From an uncultured delta proteobacterium (GTDB lineage Bacteria > Desulfobacterota > Desulfobacteria > Desulfobacterales > JAFDCJ01), in contig CAVYNY010000010.1 of NCBI GenBank assembly GCA_963769935.1, positions 544,001-608,000 of the forward strand: DNA of 64,000 bases. Direction: 5' to 3'. Of this stretch, positions 21,148 to 32,100 are shown piece by piece. The notes below the pieces were generated by a model that searched no databases, had not been told where the DNA came from, and saw only the letters and a program-made list of their open reading frames with translations. The translations under genes and the position numbers were made by a program. The stretch's first letter is position 1; each line of letters starts with the position of its first letter.

Positions 21148-21903
21148 CTAAAGAAACGACTTCTTCTTCACTGCATCCGGCGGAATCCAGCCCTGGTCCA
21201 CGAAGAAGTTTCCCAGATCCACCGCGATCTTGTCCGCCAGGCGTTTGGCGTCCGACTCCACCGTGGCGGAGGTCATTTCGGTGGCCCCGGACAAAGTGCC
21301 GCTCACCAGGGTCGAGGCCAGCAAATGGCCGGCGATGGCCCCGACCCCCATCATCTCGCCCATGCCCGGCTTGTCGCCGCTCTTGGCAGTGCCTTGCAGG
21401 GTATCTACCTCCTTCTTACCCTCGGGCGTTATCTCGTACACCTGCACATTGGCCTGGACGCTGGTCCGGCCGGCGCCCAGCCCGATGGCGACGCGCTCGG
21501 TGCGGTTGCCCTCGTCGATGGACAGCAGCTGGCCCTTAACCATGAGATCTTTTTCATTGCCGTGCGGATAGCCAAAGCCCCGCTCGGCCCAAAGCCCGTA
21601 GCTGCGGATCTTTTTGACCAGCTCCTCCGCCAGGGCGTCGGCCACCTTATGGCCCACCTTGATCTCTTCGGCGGTGCGCGACATGCCTTTGTGCTCCTCG
21701 TATTTCTGCATAAGGTCCGCGCTGAGCCCGGTATCCAGCTCGACCTCCTCGGGCGAGACGGCGAAGTCATAGACCAGGATAAGGCTGGGTCTCGCCAGCT
21801 GAGCGACAGCCATGTTCTCTTGCTGTACGTTTGTCGGCGCGCAGCCTGCGGCAAGGGCCAGCACCAATAAAATTAAGAGTCCGAATTTGATTCTGCTTTT
21901 CAT
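21148..21903 (-). CDS. DUF4410-family lipoprotein
   Basis: Lipobox AAGC, RPSLILVYDF, DEGNRTERVAIGLGAG. Confidence 0.75.
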   Translation of the reverse strand: MKSRIKFGLLILLVLALAAGCAPTNVQQENMAVAQLARPSLILVYDFAVSPEEVELDTGLSADLMQKYEEHKGMSRTAEEIKVGHKVADALAEELVKKIRSYGLWAERGFGYPHGNEKDLMVKGQLLSIDEGNRTERVAIGLGAGRTSVQANVQVYEITPEGKKEVDTLQGTAKSGDKPGMGEMMGVGAIAGHLLASTLVSGTLSGATEMTSATVESDAKRLADKIAVDLGNFFVDQGWIPPDAVKKKSFL

Positions 21904-21948
21904 AGTTTTTCTCCTTTGCTTGAAACGGTTCAACGGATTCGTTTGATG

Positions 21949-22554
21949 TTAGAATAACGTGTCCTTGATCAAAGCCGGCAGCACCGGTATCATTTGGAAA
22001 CGGATGTCCCAATGCTGCCCGAAATCGTCCGGGTGCACCACCATGTAATCCGCCTCGACGGTGAACTTCACCGGCAGGCGGCCGATCCTGACCATCTTGC
22101 CGATGCCCAGGCCGACGGGCACGGTAAAGCGATTATCCTGGTCGGCCTTCCAGTCGATGAGGATATTCGGCGCCATGCCGATCTGCCAGTTGTCCCCGAA
22201 AAAATACTGAATGAAATACTGGATATTGGCCTGGCTGGTGGCTTCGCGGTCCCCGTCGCCGGCAAACGACCACCACTGCTGGGCCAGGGAGCCGAAAACC
22301 CACTCCTTCCCCATGTAAAGCCCCACCGCGGCCGGGCCCGCCTGGTACTGGCCCTGCCCCAAAGCGTCGTTGGTGGCCGTGGGAAAAATGAAAGTCGGCC
22401 CCACCCCCCATATGAAGCCGCTGGACAGCTTGGCCGGCGAAAGGAGCGACACCAGCGCGATGTCGCCGAGGCCGGACTTGTCGTCCCAGCCCTCTCCCGG
22501 CTCAAAATCAGGGGAGCTGAATAGGTAGGGGAAGACCGGGCGGGTGATGAGGTT
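21949..22554 (-). CDS. 3' exon of a putative outer-membrane beta-barrel protein interrupted by a group II intron
   Basis: NLITRPVFP..SGLGDI..WGVGPTFIFPTAT..LGQGQYQAGP..TVPVGLGIGK; joins in frame to the 5' exon. Confidence 0.8.
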   Translation of the reverse strand, partial: NLITRPVFPYLFSSPDFEPGEGWDDKSGLGDIALVSLLSPAKLSSGFIWGVGPTFIFPTATNDALGQGQYQAGPAAVGLYMGKEWVFGSLAQQWWSFAGDGDREATSQANIQYFIQYFFGDNWQIGMAPNILIDWKADQDNRFTVPVGLGIGKMVRIGRLPVKFTVEADYMVVHPDDFGQHWDIRFQMIPVLPALIKDTLF

Positions 22555-24799
22555 TCCGGGTAAAGGCACTGCTTGCGCAGCGCCCTCCCCACAGACCCGT
22601 ACTTGAAGATTTCCCTCATACGGTTCCTCGGTTCCAATCCTTTTTACCGAATTGGAAACCAAACAGGCGACACCCCGATTGGCGCATAACTTTGCTGCCC
22701 TTTAGGCTTATCAGATATTGTGGACTATCCTGGGTATAGGCAATGGAAAGCTGGCTCGGATTTTCTCGAACTTTTCCCAGCTGATGCCGCCCTTGTGGCT
22801 GCGGCGGCTTAGCCAGAACCGCCAAGCCTTCTCGGCGTACTCAAATACAACCTCAAGGGCCTTGTAGTTGCCACGTACTCCAAAGTACAGGTAGTAGCCC
22901 CGCAACTTCGTACATAGCATCTGATGTTGCTCCTTGATCGGCTCATGCCGATTTTCACGACACCACTGCCACAGCCGCTTCATAAAACGCGACAGCCGCT
23001 TGCCTATTGTTTTCTTCTTTATCACCCAGTAGCCTCGAAGCGATTTTGACCAGTAAAAGGTAAAGCCCAGAAAATCAAACGTACCTTTTCCTTTGCCTTT
23101 TTCCTTTAACGGCGGCCTTCTGAAGTCGATGACCGCGGTCTTGTCCGCATGAAGGGCCAAGCCATACTCATTGAACCGTTTTGGCAGTACATTCATTATC
23201 CGCTTTGCGTCTGACTCGAACTCACAACCGATGATAAAGTCATCCGCATAGCGAATGATGAAACATTTGCCCTTCATTCGAGGCAATGCTTGCTTTACAA
23301 ACCATTCGTCCAGCACATAGTGCAGGAATATGTTCGAAAGCACGGTGAAATTACTCCGCCTTGAGGCACTCCTTTGCCAGGATAGGAAAGAATCCCTTCT
23401 TCCATCACCCCGGCGTTCAACCATTTGCCGATCAGACGCAGCATCCCACCGTCATTGACCCTTCGCTTAATAAACTTGCGAAGCAGATTATGATCAATGT
23501 TGTCAAATAGTCCTTCGATATCTGCGCTCACTATCCAGCCTATGTTCAGCTTCCGGCAATCCTCACGTATCTGGTGGATTGCCTTGTGCTGGCTGTGGCC
23601 CTTGCGAAAGGCGTGGGAAAAATCATAGAAGTTCACGTCATAGATGACGTTTAAGATGGTAGACGCTGCCCTTTGGACGATTTTGTCCTCCAGAGCCGGT
23701 ATACCGATCGGCCTATTTTTCCCCCTTCCTTGTCGATCCAGATCCGTCTTACCGGTGTGGCAACGTACTGACCTCTGCGCAGCCGTTGATATAGATTATA
23801 GAGGTTTTCATCAAGATCCTTGGCGTACTCCTTGGCCGTGATCTTGTCCACACCGGCTGACTTACTCTTACGAACCTGACGAAAGGATTTCTTCAACAGG
23901 TACAAATCAATCCTGTGGACCACAGAGGTGAATACCAGCTCCGGCTCACTCTCTGCCAGCATTCTGATCCGTAAAAGCGATGATTCGCCCTCAAACAGCG
24001 GCGGGCCTCCTCCTGACGGATCTGCCACACCCTGACCGGAATCGCCAGCAGCCTTTGCCGCAATTCCCTGGGTTTCCGTGGATATGGTTGGTGACCTCTG
24101 AGTATCTCCCATAGTTCCTTCCAGAGAAACGTTATACCCGGCTTCTCCTTCCCTGCAGTGGGTCGCTTGGGCCTCACTTCCCCACCTTACCGGTCCAGCA
24201 TTTACGTTCCTGACCATCGGTACTATGATCCGCTAAGACTTCCAGAAAGTCCATCTCGGGTTTGTTCGCTTTTCGCTATCCTCCCCCGATACCTTGTATT
24301 GCTCCTTTGCTTTCGTCTCGCTGGTCAGGTTAGAGCGCCCCTTCACAGCGCCTGGATTCTCGCCTCGTTGCGCTGGCCGGCACCCTCCAACCGGTTATTG
24401 TACACAAGGAAAACATCTGGATCTCCCGAGTTCCCAAGTTACCCCTATGAGCACATGCCCTGGTCTCAGACCCCGGTGGTGTCCCGAATGCTTGCCATAG
24501 CGCATGTGGGACTGCTGCCTTCCGGCCAGATGAACGCCGTCGGCTTTCTCTCATACAAGCGGAACTTATCCCAAGGTCCACAACTATACATTTTTCGGGG
24601 CTCAATACACAGCCTGCATCCTTGATCCATCCGGCTTCGGACTCCCGTCTCCGGGTTGGCCCGCGGATTCACTACTGACCTGGTGGCTAACCTTTAGTCA
24701 GGTGGGACTTGAACCTAGGTGATCCTCACCCACTGGGTAACAATATCGAATTTCACCTCCTTGGAAGGTTCCCAACGATTCGGGCTTAGCTGGGCACGA
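22555..24799 (-). mobile_element. Group II intron (~2245 nt), sense orientation within the host gene
   Basis: Domain V GAACCGTATGAGGGAAATCTTCAAGTACGGGTC at 22594-22626, domain VI hairpin after it, GTGCC near the 5' end and an internal RT ORF; removal restores ...LTKEW|NLITRP... Confidence 0.92.
22711..24112 (-). CDS. ltrA: Intron-encoded reverse transcriptase/maturase, no endonuclease domain (frameshifts near 23715 and 23345)
   Basis: KSAGVD, PVRRIWI, SHAFRKG, ADIEGLFDNIDH, GVPQGGVISP, RYADDF, FDFLGF, domain X (LRGYYLYF). Confidence 0.9.
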
Positions 24800-25065
24800 C
24801 CACTCCTTTGTCAGGTGAATCGGCAGAACAGGCTGGAAGTTCATCACATCCTGCTCGCGGGTCTTGTCCGTCGCTTCCCCCTGCAAGTAGTAGCGGTTGA
24901 ACTGAAAGTTCAGTGCCCAGATGTCCGCTACCGGGTTGTTGAGCTGCTTGGCCACATCGGCCATGGACTTGTGATCCGGCGCGGCGGGTTCGCCCGTCTG
25001 GGCACCTGCGCCGCCGGGCAGGCAAAAAACAATACACAGAAAACTAAAAGCCATCGAATTTTCAT
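24800..25065 (-). CDS. 5' exon of the intron-split outer-membrane protein
   Basis: Signal peptide, AKQLNNPVADI, NFQPVLPIHLTKEW; start is either 25054 or 25065 (the latter has the RBS but needs a T-run indel). Confidence 0.75.
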
Positions 25066-25272
25066 AATTTATTCCCTTTCATGGTCTATCGGAGCTAAAA
25101 CCGCATTGCCTGTTTTAAACTCGGCTGGCCTTATTCCTCCTGACAGTCGGGTATGAGGAGCAGCTGAGGGTCGAGCGGCTGAACAGCCGCCGATCGCGCT
25201 GTCCGCCCCAACCTGTGTGCTGTCCATAAAGGCCGCTCTCCGACAAGCTTAACAGTAGATCGGAACGCAAAA

Positions 25273-26812
25273 TCACGGTTGAAGTTCGATTTCTCCCGGC
25301 CGCCAGGTCTTGTCGAACCACGGCTCAAGCGGGCCGTACAGGCGCAGGATCATGAACCAGCCTTTGCCGGGAATCGTCTGCACCCAGTTGTTTTCCTTTC
25401 CTGCCGGAGCTTTGGGGCCGAAATAGACATCGACCGAGCCGTCCTTGTTGACGAGCAGATCCTTGTTCTGGCTGCTGACGCTGGGGAACTGCTGATCGGT
25501 TTGGACCATCGAGCGCGTCTGGTTGTCATAGACGATGACCGACCAGAAGTCTTTGACCGGAATGTTTGGCGGCAGGTGCAGCTTATAGTTGTTTCCGCCC
25601 TCAAACGGGTTGCCGTCCGCGTCCTGTGCGCGACCAGGGATACTGCGAACCTTTGCCGACCATTTTCTCCGCCATGGCCGGCGTCACGCCGGTGGCGAAA
25701 TAGTAAAAGAAATGGCCCCGTCCAGATTGGCCACGCCGGTGCAGCTCTCGAACTTGTAGCCGCCGAAGAAGGGCAGACGCCAAGGGCTGTCTGGATAGAA
25801 GAAGGCGTCTTTGTCACGAATCCTGAAGGCGATCGCTCGCGCGGTCACGCTGCCAATCTTCGCGGCGTCCGTCAGGATCTTCTTCATCCGATCATCGGGA
25901 TTGAAGGGCTTGCCCTTCTCGATGCCGATCGAGGCAAACAGACCCAGCGTGGTGGGGTCGCTTCCCTCGCTTGGCTCTTCCTGAATGGCTTCGTTCAGGA
26001 GACTCCAGAAGGTGTAGTCGCTGGGCGGGACAAAGGTCGAGGGAATGCCCGGAGGCATTGACGAACTTCATCTCGGGAGGATTGGCCGCATCGGAGAGCT
26101 GATAGATCTTCAGATGTTTCTTGACCGCCTCGACGCCGGGCTTGGTCGAGCCATCGACGAGAAAGGAGCGAAAGGGCATCCAGTTGCCATAGGTGCTCGG
26201 CCGCACGACGAAATAGCCCTCGGGCACTTCGCCTTTGTAGCCCGGAGGCAGGATCAGATACTTGCCGCCTTTGCCATGGTCTGCACCTGTAATACCGATG
26301 TCGGCAACCCATTGATACCAGAAGTCATCGATGAGACCCAGAACCATGGGTGGAACCTCTACGACCAGCGGCCCCTTTTTCGTGTCAAGCCAAATGAAGC
26401 TATATATGGTGTTGTCGTTCGCCGTCAGTTCCACGGTTTTCGAATCCACAAGGTCTTCCCAGATCACATCTGTCTGGTTTACCGGTCCGAACTCGCGGAG
26501 CGTGGCGCGCATGCCGACCTGGTTGACTATCGGGATGGCAAGCAGGTAGGCCTGCAGCGCTCGCGAGGCATCCAGGTTGTCGTAGACTTTCTGCGTGGTC
26601 GCGTCATCGGGATAGCCGTAGTTCAGGTTCAGGGTGCCGATGGATGTTTCGACCTTGTCAGGTACCGCTATGCCCTGCGGTAAGGAAGTTGAATACTTGT
26701 ACTCCGGTGCCGCCGGCGCACCTGAGAGCTGCGGTACGGTGCCGGCACATGAGGCGACCGTGATCAAGGCAGCCAATGCTGTGCAGATCGATAGTTGGTT
26801 GCGTGTTGTCAT
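25273..26812 (-). CDS. DUF1254/DUF1214-domain lipoprotein (several frameshifts, 25640-26050)
   Basis: LTANDNTIY, GPLVVEVP, GKGGKYLILPPGY, NKDGSVDVYFGP, NWVQTIPGKGWFMILRLYGP. Confidence 0.85.
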
Positions 26813-27027
26813 TCGTCTTTCCTCCTTTTACTGTAAGCGGTTCACTGAAATCAACTAATCCATCCGGCTTTTGGTAACAAAATCCTCCGAAGCCGTCCGC
26901 ATTGAACCGATCTGCCGAACCCGCCGCTGCTCCGACCTCGGTATTGATTTCCCACACCTAATCCGGACAAGCCGGAATTGAAAATTGAAGATTTGTGCAC
27001 AAAATGCACGAATTTAACTTCTAAGAT

Positions 27028-27359
27028 CTATTCGCGGGTTTGGATTCTGGCCTGTTCTATGGTTTCCACGCCGGTCGAGTGCGCGATTTGTCGAAACGGA
27101 TCTCCGGGGGTTCGGCGGCCATCTCGACCACCAGAAGAACTTTGCGGTATTTCTCGGATCGCAGATGACACTGCACGTCCTCGTCACTCATCCAGAGTTC
27201 CTCGAGCAGGATAGCGCGCCCATCCTCCACACCCCCATAAAGCCAGCGGCCGATACAACCCGGCTCGAATTGGGTCTGCTCGGTCGTCGAACCCAGAATT
27301 TCCAAGGCCTCGCTCTGCTTTTCAAGTGGTATGAGCATCCTGATGGTGGATCGTACCAT
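27028..27359 (-). CDS. Antibiotic-biosynthesis-monooxygenase (ABM) fold protein (frameshift near 27090)
   Basis: EPGCIG..LLEELW..HLRSEKYRKVL; the alternative frame gives the end IAHSTGVETIEQARIQTRE*. Confidence 0.7.
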
Positions 27360-27516
27360 TCTCGTCCCTTTAAGAGTCTTCAGGTCGACGGTTTGTAAAC
27401 CGTCCGCCGGGGATCCGAACCCGTCCGGAGGTTCACAGAAATTATTGATACTATCTGATGAAACAGCGCAGGCATCTCTGTAGATCTATAAAATTTTCCT
27501 GCTTCCCAACTATGTG

Positions 27517-27533
27517 AGCGAAATCTATGCCAG
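27517..27533 (-). promoter_or_regulatory. Sigma-54 (-24/-12) promoter
   Basis: Minus strand CTGGCATAGATTTCGCT, GG-N10-GC spacing. Confidence 0.75.
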
Positions 27534-27631
27534 ATGGATGAGAACAGGCTGCCTGTCGGATAAGACCCTTTATATATTAGATTTTTGCTAATTGGCGCCG
27601 GGTGAACGCAAGGGGAATAAAATCGGCTTTC

Positions 27632-27666
27632 TGCCGATATTTCGGCACACTGCTCTTATTTCGGCA
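27632..27666. promoter_or_regulatory. Tandem palindromic upstream activator sites
   Basis: TGCCGATATTTCGGCA (27632-27647) and TGCTCTTATTTCGGCA (27651-27666). Confidence 0.7.
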
Positions 27667-27925
27667 TGCTTTTAAGGCCCTCACAAAAATTTTTGAACTC
27701 TCAATCGGGAATTTGCCTTCTCCCGCGAAGCGACAGGATGCTATCAAATGCTTCCATCCAAGATCCTTCATAGCAGGGCTCCTTTAAAACTAAAATGAGA
27801 CGTTCAAACTAAGACGGGGCGTTCGTGCGAGCTTTTACAAATCGATAATCGCTGGTACTTCAAAATGCATCATCCGTCAAAAAATCTTAAATTCCCGGTC
27901 GAGGCAGGGCGCATTCGTATGGCCC

Positions 27926-28709
27926 TCAGGGCTGCAGGCCGACATTCGCGAGAGCGGTCCGGGCTGCTTCGGCGCTCAGCCGCTCGACGTGGGGCCTGAC
28001 CTGCCGGATCACCTCCGGACTGAGAAACCGAAGATCGCTTTTCCAGGGAAAATCCGGCAAGGATGATTGGCTGCAGGGCGCCTGCGCGTAGCTTGCCAGG
28101 GTCGCCGGCCGAGTCTGGAAAATCGCGACAACGATGTTGGCATAGGGAGTTGCCGTGTTTTGGAAGGGCGAAAAAAATTGGGAGAGTCCCGAAAGAGCCT
28201 TGGTCCGGGTGTAGATTCCATAGCCTTTGGTGGCCACCGGATCATTAGCGATCTTAAAGCAGGCAACCTGCGGCCACCGGCCGGAGTCGTAGCTGCTTAC
28301 GGAGATGATCAGATCCAGGCGGTTTTCTTCGGCGGTTTGGTTTATAAAGGCCTTGAGATCATCCCCCATCCACCCCGTAACGGCGTTGAGGATACTGTTT
28401 GACATCGACTGCTTCCAGTCTTGCGGGGCATTGCCCGCGATGGGGATAAACGTATAGCTGCCGCGGGCCCGCAAGTCACTTTCGATTGTCCGGGTGAGGT
28501 AACCCGGAATGTTCCAATCCACATTGTAATCTTTGGTAAAGCTGTCGAAGCGCAGCGATCCAACATCCACGTGGGTCATATCAGTCTCCAGCAGATTGAG
28601 GATGCCGATTCGGGCTTCCGGCGGCAACTGCAGCCGTACCGGTTGCGAACCCGCGCAACCCAGTTACGCTCATCATAATCAGAAACAAAGCAGGACGAAA
28701 GATGTGCAT
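27926..28709 (-). CDS. Hypothetical lipoprotein (frameshift near 28665 in the signal peptide)
   Basis: MHIFRPALFLIMMSV, then LGCAGSQPVRLQLPPEARIG in the shifted frame. Confidence 0.55.
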
Positions 28710-28787
28710 GTGACAGGGCTCCTTTATTTTAGCAGCTAATTGACTGATTTTACGAAAAATGCCTGCTTAATTGTAATGGAAATTATG

Positions 28788-29005
28788 AAAATCCCAAGCA
28801 CCAAAAACCAAATCCCAAACAAATATCAATGATTCAAATTCAAAATTCCAAACAATTGAACCGTCCACAGTTGTGCCAACGGCATCATCACCGGCAGACG
28901 AGGGGTTGAGAAGCGATGCGATACAACTATTTTGAATGTTTGGGTTATTGAATATTCAAAAATTTGCTATTTATTTGTAATTTGGTGCTTGAGATTTGGG
29001 ATTTT
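28788..29005. repeat. Long imperfect inverted repeat made of CCAAAT-like heptamers
   Basis: Arms at about 28788-28855 and 28937-29005. Confidence 0.7.
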
Positions 29006-29172
29006 ATTTTCTCACATCTTCTGGTCAAACTGGCTTAGAAGGCACTTTGGCGTGACCCTGGTGCATGTGATGACTCCTAACGAATCACTAATAGCTTCGA
29101 CCTAAATTGAGCAATTAAATTGAGAAGATTGCTACAATCGCATGTGCAGGCAGGGACGTCCTCTGAGCTTTC

Positions 29173-32100
29173 CTAGCTTTTCAATTCGTTTGCCAATTTC
29201 AGGATGCCATCCACGTCAAAATCTTCAGACAGTTGAATGATTTTGTCACAAAAAGGTATCAGAACATTGTCTTCAGACTTCAATTCTTCGGCGATGGCCG
29301 CGGCTTGCATCACATCCCCCATTTCAGCCGCCGCTTTGATGCGATCGGCCGCTTTCTGAGCCAGATTATGCGGTACAACCAGCGTCCCGCCGCCGATCCT
29401 CTCGTTGGTTTTCTTTTCAGCCGTGGGCGCTATGATTTTAACCGCGTCCAGAGCCTGCTCGAGCGCACTTTCCAGTTCTGTTAATTTCCGGTTCAATTCC
29501 TTCTCGGAGGCAGACTTCGCAGTCTGCCCCTTAACAAGTTTTTCCATTGCCACGGCCGCCGCCTGAAGGTCGACGGCGGCCAGATTCCCGGCCAGCCCCT
29601 TCAGGTTGTGGATTAGGCTGTGGGTATGATTAAAATCATTGGCCGCCAAGGCTTCCCGAATTTCGGCGGCGGCGCTGCCGTAGTTGGCGCCGAAATCAAG
29701 CAGCAGCTTGCGGTAAAGGTGTTTGTTGCCCATCAGGCGCGCCAGACCGGCTGCCAGATCGAAGCCCGGCAATGATTCCGGCAGATGATCTTCATCCGGC
29801 TCCGCCTGAACAGCTCCCGCGGATGCATCACTTGCCGGCGGCCCTACTGAGGCGGTTAAACTTTTTTGAACCACGATTCGCCCCGAAACCGGCTTGATCC
29901 ACTTTTGCAGGGCAGCAAACAGCTGGTCCGGATCAATCGGCTTGGTTACGTGATCGTTCATTCCGGCTGCAAGACTCTTTTGTTCGTCACCGGACATGGC
30001 ATGCGCCGTCATGGCGATAATTGGAAGGCCAAAGGCTAAAGGTGAAAGGCTAAAGGTTTCATCGCGGTATTCTGTCTTGTTTCCGCTATCTCCGACTCGC
30101 TGTCCTATGTCCTCTGTCTTCTGACCTATGTCTTCTGCTTGCCGCGCCATAGCCCGGAGGGCGACGGCGGGTCCTCTGTCTTCCGCATTTACACTATGCG
30201 CTATGCTCTTTGCGCTAGGCTTTAAATTTTCAGCTTCCCACATCCGGATTTGCCTTGTGGCCGTGTATCCATCCATCACCGGCATCTGAACATCCATGAG
30301 GACGGCCTCGAATTCCGCTGACTTTACCAGATCGACGGCTTCCTGGCCGTTATTGGCGATGGTGACTGTCAGCCCCGCCCCTTCCAGGATCTCTTTGGCC
30401 ACCTGCTGGTTGATTTCATTATCTTCCACCAGAAGCACCCGGGCTCCATAAATAGCCTTTAGCTGCCCGGCACTCGGTTCATTTGGCCGGCCGGCCGGAG
30501 ATATGTCGTGAAGCTCTTTTCCCAGGGCCTGCATGACGGCATCGAACAGCATCGATGAGCTCACCGGCTTGATCAGAAAACCATCCAATCCGATTTGATC
30601 GGCCTGCCGCATAATGTCTTCCCGACCGTAGGCCGTCACCAGGACGATGGCTGGGATTTTACTCAATTGTTTATGGGTCTTGATGCGCCCGGCGGCTTCG
30701 ATGCCGTCCATGCCCGGCATCTTCCAGTCCATGATGACAAGCTCAAACGGTTTATCCCGGTCCACCCGTTCGATTTCCGCCAGGGCCGCTTGTCCGGAGG
30801 CTGCCAGAAAAACTTCGAATGAAAAAGATTCCAGAATTTCCTGCAGAATTTGGCGGGACGTGGCATTGTCATCCACCACCAGCACCTTCAAGCCTCGGAT
30901 ATCGGGCGACGGCACAAAACGCTTTTTGACCGCATCTTTTCCCAGACCGAAGACGGCCGTAAAATTAAAGGTCGTGCCTTTCCCGGACGCGCTTTCCACC
31001 CAGATCTCGCCGCCCATCAGATTGACCAGGCGCTTGCTGATGGTCAGCCCCAACCCGGTACCGCCGTACTTGCGCGTAGTCGAAGTGTCGGCCTGGGAGA
31101 AGGCCTGGAACAGCTTGGCCTGCTGTTCCGCCGTCATGCCGATGCCCGTATCCCGCACCGAAAACTGAAGGGTAACTTTATCCTCCGACCTCATTTTTAT
31201 CCGGGTGGTCAGCACAATCTCGCCTTGCTCGGTGAATTTTACCGCATTGTTTCCCAGGTTGACCAGGATTTGATTGAGTCTTAACGGATCTCCGACCAGG
31301 AAGTTGGGCACCCGCGAATCGAGGTAGAACAAAACTTCCAGATTCTTTTTTTCCTGCGCTTTGATGGTGATCACATTGGCGACGTTATCCACGGTCTCCG
31401 ATAGATCGAACTCCACGACTTCCATTTCCAGCTTGCCGGCTTCGATTTTTGAGAAATCCAAAATGTCGTTGATGATCCCCAGCAGAGAATTGGCCGAAGA
31501 TTGAATTTTGTTCAAATAATCCTGCTGCTTGGGCGTCAGCTCGGTTTTCAGCGCCAGGTGGGCCATACCGATTACGGCATTCATCGGGGTGCGGATCTCA
31601 TGGCTCATGTTGGCCAGAAAATCGCTTTTGGCCCTGGTGGCGGCTTCGGCCTTAACCTTTTCTTCGTCGAGCTTCTCCATTATGTTAAGCATGGCCGATT
31701 GGGCCTCATCCAGTTCTTTAATGCGTTCATGCAGATCGTTCTCCATTTGTTTGCGCTCGGTAATATCCAGAAATGAGGCCAGGACATCAAGGACATCACC
31801 CTTTTCATCGCGCGTGCAGGCAACGGTTATATTGGTATATACGATTGCGCCGTCCTTGCGGATAAAGCGCTTGTCAAGGGTGTAGTTGTCGATTTGACCG
31901 GTCAGCATCCGTTCGAACTGTTTTACATCGGCAGTGAGATCGTCGGGATGGGTAAGCTCGGCCCAAGTCATCTGGCGCAGCTCATCCAGCGTATAGCCAA
32001 ACATTCGCTGCAATTGATCATTGGCCTCCACCCATCCTTTGACCGGCGAGGTGATCGCCATTCCGGTCTGGCTATGCTCAAAATAACTGCGAAACCGGGC

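Noticed and set aside
22555..22662. Independent start for the 21949-22662 ORF
   Set aside because: These codons are intron domains V/VI; the true N-terminus is the exon at 24800-25065.
22711..24217. RT as a retron, DGR or CRISPR-associated RT
   Set aside because: It has domain X, downstream domains V/VI and interrupts a host gene. No template/variable repeat pair or cas genes were seen.
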